Of a stretch of DNA of 64,000 nucleotides, positions 10,501-22,000 are shown piece after piece. The first letter of the stretch is position 1; every line of letters begins with the position of its first letter. The DNA is from Klebsormidium nitens (taxonomy: Eukaryota; Plantae; Klebsormidiophyceae). The position numbers and the translations under genes are program-made. The notes beneath the pieces were generated by a model. That model did not search any database. It was not told the DNA's origin and saw only the letters and a program-made list of their open reading frames with translations. The stretch is from positions 248,001 to 312,000 of the forward strand of contig DF236965.1 of assembly GCA_000708835.1 (NCBI GenBank), given 5' to 3'.

Positions 10501-13500
10501 GTTCTGCTCTGCGATGTAGTCCGTCGCAGCCTTGATCCTGTGGCAGGCGAACTAAGAGTCAGTATGCTTGAGACTTCCGGGGCTCTCTTCTCAGTACACA
10601 GCAGACTGCAGGAAGCAGACGGAGTAAAATTCTTCTTAGGTATGCAAGAAAGTCGCTATGGCACTTATATCCACGTCCCACTATCAAGAGCGGCCTTGGA
10701 ACAGCGCCTTGACTGAACAGGCTACAACTACTTCATTAGCAGTCACCAAGAATACCCAAGGAGGGGGCCCAGTGAGCACAGTGGAGCTGACAATGTGTAA
10801 TACCAGAGAAAGCAGACCATTCATGAAACGTCAACACCCACTGTCTGACGAAATAGGCTGGACTTTTGCAGATGCACTTGCCTCTTCTGCACATCGAAGT
10901 CATCTCCTGCCCCTGGCATATCAACCACCTTGTAGTGGACGCGCATCTTGCCGTTCCGTGAGAGGGTTGAGAACGTGAATGAGCCATCCGCTTCAGCGGT
11001 TGCTTGGCTGGCGTCTGGCTGGGAACCACTGCCTCCAGTAGTGCCAATTGTCAGAGCGTCAACAATGTCTTGGATGATGGTAGGCATGCCCAGGCCAAAT
11101 GCATCAGCAACCTGCAGAAAGCAAGCACTGAGGTTTCTGTGACCACGTTCCCACAGCAAGGACAGGTGCTGCATCCTTTCACTTTGCTCTGCGGGTCACA
11201 TTTTCTAGCAGACAGTTCATGTAGGCCTTTGGAAACTGAATACCGTGGAGAAAGAACATGTCTGGAATAGAGTAGAATATTCTGGATGGTTTGCTTCATC
11301 AGTAACCGCTCAATAACTGACTTGCAACGTACCATGATCTTGTGCCACACGTGCTGGACGTCATCAGAGGCTTCTTCCTTCTTGGCATCGTCCACTTCAA
11401 CTGCCTTCTTCACGCCGCTCTTGGCAGTCTCGCTATACTTCCTCTGCTCATCCTTGACCTTCTCAGTTCTGCTGGCCTCTTGTTGTGGTGGGGTGGGGGG
11501 TGCAAAGGACTCTCCTGCAGGACAAGCGGAGCCAAGCGGTTGTTTATGCGCAGTGCTCCTTGTGTGCAGCTCTGAAAAGCGTTAACCATTGTCTATTGTA
11601 GATTGAAATCCAGAGAAAGTAACCAACTCTGAAAACTGAGAACGTACCATTGTCTACCGTAAAGTGGATCTCTGAGAAGTAAAGAGTTGCCGCCTGATTT
11701 GACAATCAAAATTGTGATAATAGGTCTCTCTGTCATCACTCTTGTTGGGCCTGCTTCACACAACCTGTCCTCAAGATATCTGAGCACGCTCACATAAGAT
11801 GAGGCACAAGAAGGATAAAATTGCGGTCACCTGCTGGGCTCAACGCTGTCTTCGTTGTCGATGTTGGACTTGGAGCAGTCTCTGCAGCGGCTCCATCAAG
11901 GAGAAGCCACGAGCGCTGCATGGCGTCCGGATCTGAGTTGCGCGATGGGGTTTGTGAGGCAGCCAGCTTCTGTTGATCTGACGTGTCGTGCGCCATGCTC
12001 TCTGCGCGCCAAAAGACTATCAATGGTGAGCGGCGTGAGTCAAAACACCACTGTCAGGATAACTCTCTGAACAAAGCCCCAGACAAACAATCAAGACAGT
12101 AGGTCAATTCCGCAACATCCTGGAATCATCTTCCTACACGCTTACTTTTCAGCTTATGTTCTGACCTCCAACTTCATTTCAAATTTGGATTGTCCCCCTG
12201 GCACTGCCCCATTCCCTCTTGCAGCAAGTGCCCAAACACAAATTAACAAACCCAACAGGTCCCAGGAAGCACTTGCCAACAAGGCACCAGTTCCAACCTC
12301 TTGCGTTTGACCCCACTAAACTGCAGCTGAAGTTTGTCCCAAACAAGCAATCGTTTTGTTGTGACAGATACTTGCAACAATATATCAACTGGTCTGATAG
12401 AAAACGGAGCTGAACTGAACAGATTGTGGCAAAGCCACCTACATATGCATAACCCTTCATTTGCATCACGACAAGCTGCAGATATCTCAGAAAGATAGGC
12501 CATGTAGATTAGAGATACAGGTTCCACAGCGACCATTGCCATGTAAACAACAGTTTAGACTTCAACAACATTTACGGAAGTGCCAAAACCCAATTTATAT
12601 CCATGAACCTGGAAATGCTCACATGGGCAATTGCAAGACAATTGCAAAGGGCACAATGAAAAAGGTGCCCAAATGCTGCTTTAAAATTTTCCAGCATTCC
12701 CAATCAGAGCACCTTTTGCGGAAGACCTCACCAACTCAGCAGAGCTTGACAGGACAGCTACTGATTGGACAAAGTAATTGATGATCCTTTCCAGTCCTTG
12801 GACAACACTGTATCTCCAATCGCACATTGTTTAGTCAGCAAGTCACCCATTGCTCACGCCATGGACCTCTGAAAAAGAAACCTTCACCAACAGAATGCAG
12901 CGGGGCCCACCGGCTTGCAAAAGAAAGCAAAGCAGAAGCGAGGCCTGCCAAATCCAGCTAAAATCAGACAGAATAACACCTCATCTGCCCTTCTTCATCT
13001 AGCATTGTCTGCAGATTACTAACAACACCAACCTATACTCTGAAAACTTGGCCCCTGCAACAACTGCTTACCTGTCTTGACGGCACCAAGGGTTGATGAT
13101 GCAGGGGATGAAGGAGCTCCGCCTTCTGTGAACCCTCTGGAAACGGAAATGCAGGAGCGAAAGTGAAACTGAAGCGGCAACACTTGAGAGCTGCGCAGCT
13201 CTGAGAACAGTTTAAGTCTCCAAATGCCTGATTGAGGCGCCCTGCTTCTCACATCCAAGCTGAGTCTGCACAGAACTCAGGGGACCCCAAGCTCATTTTA
13301 GAAAGTTGGCCAAGGTTGGCTGCCGCGCGGCCCCAGCCGCGGACGCGCGGCGGGTCCAATCGCACGCAGGTGCGCGGTTTAGGGAAGGTATGGGCTTCAC
13401 GGACTTCAAATGCAGTCGTCCGGCGGCGCACCGTAAAACCGGAACGGAACGGCAATCGCAGGCGGCACCCAGCAGTGCTCAGCGCCCGCAGGCTGCAGTA

Positions 13501-13509
13501 CACACACAT
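7516..13509 (-). CDS. Septin-family GTPase-fold protein with degenerate P-loop, C-terminal TM helix and coiled coil (~713 aa, 10 exons)
   Basis: Phase-consistent exons: 13253-13509, 13072-13136, 11831-12001, 11333-11571, 10882-11111, 10336-10537, 9580-9750, 8750-9193, 8039-8179, 7516-7737. Septin motifs: KIMVADAFGLGMPT (G1 position), VVDMPG (G3), RVSCVLYFVNPHAIKPVDLEIM, PVIAK|GD (G4), and H.KGDRSLLRSM (septin-unique-element-like). Confidence 0.85.
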
Positions 13510-14257
13510 GCTCGAGTTGACCTCGTGAGACGTGTATATGGAGCCAGTATAAGTTCGGTGCAAACTGAAAGCTTGTTGGCTAGTTCCAGCCTATAAAATT
13601 GGAACAGGCTAAAAAGCTTGGACAGAAGCTCAACTGATCAATCACTCCAAAATATCTCGAAGACATTAACCGGTCAGTAGTACCAAATGCCGGCGATCTT
13701 TTGCCGCCTCAACGCAGCAGAATCTGCGAGATGCTCGACGGAGCATGATGCAGCGCTTCTCTGCAGCATTAGCCGGTCAGAGATGTCGAGCGGGTTCAGC
13801 CACTCGTAAAGTTAACGTCGAAGCCGCAAAGCCGGCTCAGAGAGCGGTCGAAGAATGACTCAGTATTACGTGTCTCAGTGTCGAGCATTCGAGCATTAGC
13901 GCTCGAAGGCGTCGAGCATGGGATTGCAGGCAACACGCATCCTATCAGAAACCATCAGCGAAGGACTCTGCATCCTCGAATGTGCGTTCTGACACTAAGC
14001 GCAAAATCGCACCATGCATTTGATCTTCGGGCTTGATGATCGAACCAGATTGAATCCCACCGCAACTGCAGAGCACACACAGAGGCACTGTCGAGCAAAG
14101 CTCGCCAAGCCAATCAAAGCGCCACCCAAGCATCCTGCAAGCTGCCACGGTCGACCGATCGCGCCGCTCACAGCAAAGGACCTCTCCTTTCGCCATCTTC
14201 AAAGCGCACACGACGCGCGCGCGCATTTTAACCCCACTTCCCCGAAGAGCAGCAGTC
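13510..14257. promoter_or_regulatory. Probable bidirectional promoter between the septin (-) and HSP20 (+) genes, with repeated TCGAGCAT motif
   Basis: Divergent start codons at 13509 and 14258. TCGAGCAT at 13881, 13889 and 13912; reverse copies at 13508 and 13731. Confidence 0.55.
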
Positions 14258-17200
14258 ATGGCGCTCAGCACGTTCACCGGCCGCGACCCTTTCTCCGACC
14301 CCTTCTCCGACTTCGTCGGCCCGCTCGGTGTGACCGACCCCTTCTTCACTGGCTGGGGCGGCCGCGGGCTCGGGGACTTCTTCGGGGGAGGGGGGCGGGG
14401 CGGGAACTCCGGCCGCGACCTGAGCGATGACGACAGGAGGCGGCTGCGCGAGCGGGCGGCCATCCTGAAGACGGATGTCGACTGGGTGAGGGGGGGAGGC
14501 CTTTGGATTGTGGATGGGGGACATGATCAGCTTTTAGAAAGGATATAAGGACAGCGAATCTTAGGAGGACGTACGACTGGTTGCACAGTGGAGAGAGGGG
14601 GAATGGCAACGTTTTGTCGGCTTTCGAAGGAATTAGGTCCCCAGCTTCCGCAAGCCGCAAGCATGCAAGAGCATGCAAAGTTTCTCTTCGAAGAATTGAA
14701 GAATTGCCTGCGGGTTGGTGCAGTGCATCCGCTGGTATTCACATATGAGAATGCGGTTTCTGCATTTTTCCGAAATGCTCGCGCATCCGTGGCTGCTGCG
14801 TTTCCACGTTCCTCGTGCTAGAAACCTTACGCTTCCTCCGTTCTGGACGCAGGTGGAGTACCCCGACCGCCACGTCTTCTTCATCGACTTGCCCGGTCAG
14901 TGATACTTGCTACCTTCTTGATAGATTCTGGGGCTCCCCTGCTTCCAAAATGTGTACATACGGCCGCATTGCTGACATGCATGCATTGATCTTTATGGCA
15001 CTGGTCTTAGTGGGACGCTCGAATCTGATGAGACAAGCGACTTCTGGACACAGCCAATCTGCTATTCAATCCGTTTCCCCTGCCATTTGATTTGCTGCTC
15101 CTCGCTAAGGTGATCCTCGTTGAAGGAGGGACCACCTCCAGAATGCCTGCCTTTATGCACCTCTCAATTGCTTACTCTTTCAATATGATCTGAGACCCAT
15201 TTCATCACATCCGCTTTTTCTGGCTAGAAGATAATCCACAATGCACAAGAACACTGAGAAATCACGGTCTGCACTCAGTATTTCTCGCATTCTCGACGGC
15301 TTGAATCAAGCCCCAGTTTTCGCCCAAAATGGCCTTAACACACAGTATGCCTCAGCCAGAGTCTGTGGATTCTTTACAAACTTTTATCCCTCTCCCTTTT
15401 GGGTATGCGCTTACCCTGCATTGATCGCTGATTCCGCTGTGTCTTTTGCTGATCGCGACGCGCATCATTTCAAATACTCTTGCAAGCCCTCTTCGGGCCT
15501 GCCCGACTCATTCTAAACAATGACCGTTGCTTTGTCTCGAGTGGTGTTCAAAGCTGCGTGCTCTATGACCATCTTCTGAACCGTTGTGCGCTTCGGCGGT
15601 CCACATATTGGACTCACGAAACCTGCAGAATTGTTTTCGAGATGTTGATTTGATTTGCCTTCGCAGAACGTCTCCTGTGTATAATGCACATTTCTCGTTT
15701 CCTGAGATAGACTCAGCTTTGGGACTTTCGAATCACTCTGCAGGCGTGCCCAAGTAAAACGACTTCCTTTTTCCTCCTAGCTCTTCTCACAGGTATCCTC
15801 GATACCTTCTCGTGTTCTGGGACAGACAGATTTGCAACTCATTCGCCTGATCATACGTTCGATAGGTCGGGTAGATGCAGACATTATATGCATTTCTCCA
15901 CAGAAGATCAAAGTTGTTTCCCCAAATGACACCGAAATTTCCACGACATACTCGATTTTAACTGTTTTTGCTGCCCGCCCAAACACTTCGAACGTCGAAG
16001 ATCACTCAGTCCACAGGTATAACGTCGTAATTCCTGGCGTACCAAGAGTACATACAATTTCTATATAATTTGTGCAGGCGTGCCCAAGGACAACATCAAG
16101 GTGCAGCTGGAGGAGGGCCGCACGCTGGCCATCCGGGCGGAGCGCGACACGACGCCCCCCGGCCAGGACTTCACGCTGCACCGCGCGGAGCGGGGCGACT
16201 ACTTCTTCCGCCGCTTCAGGTACGCGCTTCCGCCGGAAACCCCAAGCGCTTTGTTCCATTCTGATATCAGGCGACTCCTTCCGTCGCTTCAGGTACGCCC
16301 TTCCGGCGGAAGAAGGATAAAGAAATTCGTGCCGTGCCGATATCAGGCGACATGTTCCGCCGCTTCAGGTCCCCAGCGAAAACGTAATGTATGCTTTGCA
16401 AAGTCATTAACAGCCGTGACTGGAGCTCAACCCGTTACCCAAACTTTTGAGATGCCTTACGATCACTTCATGTGGCCCCATTGCGCCGCCGGATTTATCG
16501 TTCTCAGTATGCTCGTGTCTGAAGCCGCAGCCAACCTGGTCGGCTTCAAGCCGCATTTGAGGAGGTCAGCATACCGTTGAAAGACCATTTTCTTCTTGTG
16601 ATTTGACTCCGTCTGTGTCTGTGCGCGCGATTAGGTGGCCTCTTCCGTTTCCGATACAATGTCTCGTATGCTTTGGTGGAGCTTAGGCCCCAGCGAATCT
16701 CTTTCCGCACCAACCCCCAAACTGCAGCATCTGATCTGAGAAGGTTTTGAAAAGACTATTTTGATTAGCAGCCTTCAAAGGTCCTCCTATCGAATAATCC
16801 GTCCCTAACTTGCCTGAAGTTAGCGGTTTATTCGTTCCCTTCACTTGCTGCTCTATCTACGACGGCCTTCCTGACCAGATACAAGCATTCCTGGCTACTG
16901 GTAGAATCAGCCAAATGGGCACTCCTCTTCCCCAGCTCACGCTGGTTTCGGCCGCCTGTAACCGTTTTTAGCAAACAAGTCCCACAATGTCGTTTGTCAA
17001 AATGGGCCGAGTCCGCTCACCTTTCTTCCGCCCAGTCGCGGAGTTCGTAAGGCACACCAATGCCGGATCTGCCCTTTTCAGTTACCTTGAAAACTGAAAC
17101 GACCACGACAAAACCGCAACTTTCGCTTTGCAGGCTCCCCGCAAACGTGGACACGTCCAAGATCGAGGCCAAGTTCCGGAACGGCGTGCTGGAGGTGACG

Positions 17201-17260
17201 GTGCCCAAGAAGGAGGAGGCTATCAAGCACGAGACCAAGGACATCCCGGTCGCGACTTAG
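14258..17260 (+). CDS. HSP20: Small heat-shock protein (HSP20 / alpha-crystallin domain), 179 aa, 4 exons
   Basis: Exons 14258-14485, 14853-14895, 16078-16219 and 17134-17260 sum to 540 nt in frame. Protein: TDVDW|VEYPDRHVFFIDLPG|VPKDNIKVQLEEGRTLAIRAER..RAERGDYFFRRFR|LPANVDTSKIEAKFRNGVLEVTVPK. Confidence 0.95.
16192..16375 (+). repeat. Tandem degenerate copies of the HSP20 exon-3 end plus donor site (3 units, ~73-76 bp period)
   Basis: TTCCGYCGCTTCAG|GT at the true donor (16219) and again at about 16292 and 16368. Confidence 0.9.
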
Positions 17261-19024
17261 GGTTTCAAGAAGAATCTAGGATTTGCGGAGTAATGATTCT
17301 GCCTTTTGCCGTGTAGGGTTTCTGCGGAGCTATGTAGACGAAAGGCCGGAGGAAAGGACAGTTCTTGTCTCCTATTCCAGCCGAAATGGAGGCCTCGATA
17401 AGAGCCAGGGGGCAGGTATGGACGTACTCGGGAGCCCCGTACCGGGCAGCGATGGCTGCAGAAGCCTTAGAAGATTTCAAAAGGGACAGGGAAGCGAGAA
17501 AGCGAGCGCGGAGTGACCTTTAGAAAGCTCCGTTGGGCGCTTTGGTCGGATCAGCTGGAGCTTCGACAGTGCAAACGGTTCGACAACCTCGCTGTACAAA
17601 GAGGTCAACGTGAGGAAGAATGAAGTAAAAGATTCTTGTATGGGCATCTTTGCCAGAAGATTCAACTGCATTGCACATAAGCCGTCATATTTCGCTCACA
17701 TGAATCTGCAGCTAGACACGCCCGCAGAGCCGAGGTCTCATTAAAGGATTCGTAGAAGATATCGAAGGGACCACCAAGTCAGGTGATGTATCAGTCACGG
17801 TCTGTGCTTGGGCCTGACAAGACTTCAGGCTTGCAACCTCCATATGCGCATCAGACTCCGCACTGCGGCCTTACGGAGCTGATTCTGGCCTCTGAATCAA
17901 CTTTGCACGTTCCACCACAAGACCGCACGGTATCCTTACATGCGTGTGTTGCAACCTTGTCGTCAAACACAGCTTTTCTCAGTTGAAACGCGCTGTAGAA
18001 TTCTGAACACACTTGTGTGTCAAAATATGAACGCGCGGCGCCTCGCACTGTCGAATTATCGCGCACAATCCGATCACATCGCCTTCTTTGGGAGGCGTCT
18101 CACGAAGTAGAGGAAGAGTGCGCTCGAGACAAACTCTACTTGTTACGCCTATCAACAGCTGCCTCAGCCTTCCATTCGAACTTAGGCAGCCTACTGTAAA
18201 CGTCAATTTGCTAGTACACTGCCAATGCGCGGCCCGCATACTAGACCGTCACGCCAGCGGGACGTCGACGCGTGGACGGACCACTTCGATGCCAAATTCT
18301 AAATGCGACATGTATCCATCCATTCGGCGTTGTGAGGCGGCTCGTAAGCTTCGGCCCAATTGTAAGAAAATCCCATATATCAGGATATATGAATCATTAC
18401 CTACGGTCTCTTAAAATGAGCGGCGCGCCGCAACAAAAACTCAGTACGTGAGTGCATGAGCACATGAGTGCATCGCGATCTGGCAGACGGTGGGCCAGAC
18501 TCCTAATTGCTAACAAGTTTATGCAATGAAAAATAGGGCCATGCAACTGAGCCCGGACCACATCCATGCACTGCATATAGCTAGAACTGTTCATTGCTCT
18601 ATGCATGATAGTGAAGCGCGCAAAGCCAGCAGTCATTCGGCCGACAGAAAAACTGATTTTTACAAGGACTGTAAGAAATTTCAGTATCAATGTCGACCGG
18701 GTGGCATGCAATGCGAATTGCTTAAGATACAATCATTTGATATTCATTGCCAGAAGCTTGTGCATGTGTGTCCTGCACACGACATGCAAAACCGGAATTC
18801 TTAACTTCTGTAAATTGATACTAGGAGATCAACACATTGTTCCTATTTTTTTCGGGGATTGTACACGAGTCTATGGGAAGTTTCACTCACTCAAGGTCTA
18901 TGCGAACGGGCAACATGTAGTGAAGGGGGCGGTCTGCTGGCGCCAGTTGTATAAGTTACTCAGCAGCACGATGTTCCAAGCAGCTTTGCTCTCATATTTT
19001 ACTGCACATTTGGCACCGCCCAGA

Positions 19025-22000
19025 TCATGCTTGGTCGCCCTTCTTTTTCCGCTGAATCTTCCCCTTGGTCATGGCCTTGATCTCGTCCTTTGCTGACTCA
19101 GTCTCCTGCTTCTCCTTCCGGCCGCCAACCGCCCTTGCCAGCTCGGCACTCATGTCGCCCTTCAGCTGTTTGCTCTTCTCCTTCCACTCTTTCTCCCTGT
19201 AAGGTCGGAAACGGAGATCCATCTGGCTATGTCTAATTTTCATGCATAAAGGGCCTTGAAAGTTTGACGTTCACGAAAGAGCGAGTCGCCTTTCAGACCA
19301 AGTGCAGTCAACAGCGCCCACTGGCACACAGGGACTATTTGTTAGAGTACCTACTGCCTTGGTCAAGTAAACGGGTGGGTCAAGGGACACAAGCTGAATG
19401 TGAGCTAGAATCTTGGATGAGATTTCAATTGCATATCTGCCTGGCTCTATAGCACATCCTCAATTTGATTTGCCCACGGGCCGGTTTTGAGTAAGCAACT
19501 CAGTTTAGCAGGACCTCACACAAGCAATTTTATTTTCAAAGCGCACTCACTTCCGGATCTTGAGGATCGCCGCAAACTTCTTCTTGGCCTCCTCCTCCGC
19601 TTTCTCCACGTCATCCAGCCGGCAGATGTCGAACGCGGAAATCGATCTCGCGTGCTTGGCCTGCGGGGACAACAGAGGAGGTTGATAGCTTGTAAAAGGC
19701 TGATAGAACATGTCATGTTGGGATCCGAGATCAACAAGGCTTGGCGTGAATGCCGTATTCGACTGTTGCAAGCTGCGGGCAAAAGAAGCCGGGAATACGA
19801 CGAGAGACGGGCAAGAGGAACATAGATTGACGGTGCAGCGCGGTGCTAGAAAGTGCCGGAGCGGACTCGGAATTACGGATCGACAAGTCGGTTGCGAACT
19901 TCAGCTTCCAGACGATAAGAAGCAAGGTCTATGCGGAAAGTTGCGGCGTTCGGATATCAGTAAGCAGGATTTGGACATTTGGGCGCAGCATTTGGAAATC
20001 AGAAAGCCGGATGTGGGCGGAACACACCCTTCGGACATCAGAAAGCTACATGCGTCGCTGGTAAGGAGTGTTCGGACGCCAAAGAGCCGGATTCGGGCAG
20101 TGGAAAGCCGCATTCGGACGCCAGAAAGCTGGGTTCGGACGGTGGTACGCAGCGTTCGGACGCTCACCAGCTCGTCCGGCTGCATGAGGTCGAGGCAGTT
20201 CTCCTCCCACACGAGCATGAGGTCGTAGCAGAGCTGCGGCTGCAGTGCGTACTTCTGGATCAGCTTCGGGTACTTCTCCACCATGCGCCCCAGCTCGTCG
20301 TCGTCTGCAAACCGGGTTAGAAATGGTTTAGAAATGGGTTTGACACGTTTGTAGACGGCTACTTTTGTCAGGATTAGGATTTTCAGTCACTAGGATTCAG
20401 CTTCGGGTACTTCTCCACCATGCGCCCCAGCTCGTCGTCGTCTGCACACCGGGTTAAAAAAGCTTAGTTATGACTTTGACACGTTTGTAGACGGGCTACT
20501 TTTTTCAAGGTAAGGGTTTTCAGTCTCTAGAATTCAGCTTCGGGTACTTCTCATGCCCCCCAGCTCGTCGTCATCTGTAAACCGGGTTAAAAAGGTTAAA
20601 TAAGGGTTCCACATGTTGGTAGACGGGCTACTTTTTTCGAGGTTAGGGTTTTCAGTCTTTAGGATTCGCTTCGGGTACTTCTCCACCATGCGCCCCAGCT
20701 CGTCGTCGTCTGCAAACCGGGTAATCGAAGGGTTGAGATGGGTTAACATGTCTGTTTTGGGCTATCGTTGGGATACTCTAGGTCCCCAGTGGTTATAAAA
20801 GACTTCTCGCGAACTTCTGCATGAGCTTCGGGTACTTCTCGCAACAAAAAGCCTAAAACCTGGTTCGGGTTAAGCAGGGTCTGAAAGAGATTGTTTATTT
20901 GTACATGGGAAATCCCCTGGGGGAGCAAAGGGTCTCGACAATTGGGTTCCTGTACGGCAAAAGAAGGCAAGGGAAGACATCTCGAATGCACTCTGGCTGG
21001 TTTACACCTTCCTCCAAAGGGGGCTGTTCGCCCAACTCCGTCAACCACTTGCCATCAAGCTTTTCTCCCCAACGGCAGACCTTGTAATCATTTTGTCAGG
21101 TTTGAGAGGATCCCTCACCGTCCTCAAAGGCCTCCATGAAGTTGGTCTTGGCGGCGGTCCGGTTGGCCGTGCTGATGTCAGCGCCGTCGAGCACCAGCTC
21201 CAGGCCCTTGATGAGTGGCACCATCTTGCCCTCTTCGGACTTGACCATCTTGCCGGCGGGGACGGCAGGGGCGGCAGGAACTGGGGGAGCCGCACCGCCT
21301 GAGCAAAGAAAACAACGAACGTTTGCTTTAGCATGAGGTTATTTCGTTTCAGAATCCTTGTAGGTTTTGTATGGTTGCCTGTTTTGATTAAATTGGAGGT
21401 AGCAGACGTGGGCACCCTCTCATCCCCGCATGCTTTTGAATTCGCGTCGAAGGAGTTGCGCTGCCTTCCCGAACTTCGTAAGTCAGAAGGCCGGGAGCTA
21501 CGAGGGTCATAGATGCGAGGATGGAAAGTAGGCTTACGTCAGACGGGCCGTCACTCGCGCTGAAAGAGAAGCGCTGCCCTTCCAGAACTTCGGAAACCAA
21601 AGCGCCGGAAGCTACGAGCGTCACAGATAGGAAAGAAAAGGCCAGCCCATTTAGGATACTTCATTACTGGTGCTGCATCCATCCCAATCTCCAAGAACAA
21701 GCGCCACTTTTATCAACGTTGACAACCCACCTGAAGCAGGGGGGGGGGCGGGCCGCAAAGCCGGCCTCACTCCCCCGGGGGCCGGGGGCGGGGGAGGGCC
21801 CCCCGGTCTAGGAGGGCCGGGAGGGGGGGGAGGTCGAGGCGGGCCGCCAAGCTTTCCGCCAGGGGGGGGAGGAGGAGGTGGAGGGCCGCCACCTACTCTC
21901 CCCCCCGGAGGGGGAGGCGGCGGTGGAGGACCCCCTCCCACCAGGAGGGGGGGGCGGCGGTGGAGGGCCGCCAGCCCGAGGAGGCGGGGGGGGAGGGGGC

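Noticed and set aside
17477-18900. Short ORFs between HSP20 and the RME-8-like stop
   Set aside because: No recognisable domain and no consistent splice model; treated as convergent 3' intergenic sequence.
20255-20845. CRISPR-like array (repeated ~45-bp units with spacers)
   Set aside because: The context is eukaryotic, the spacers are themselves homologous, the repeat is a copy of the adjacent exon start, and there are no cas genes.
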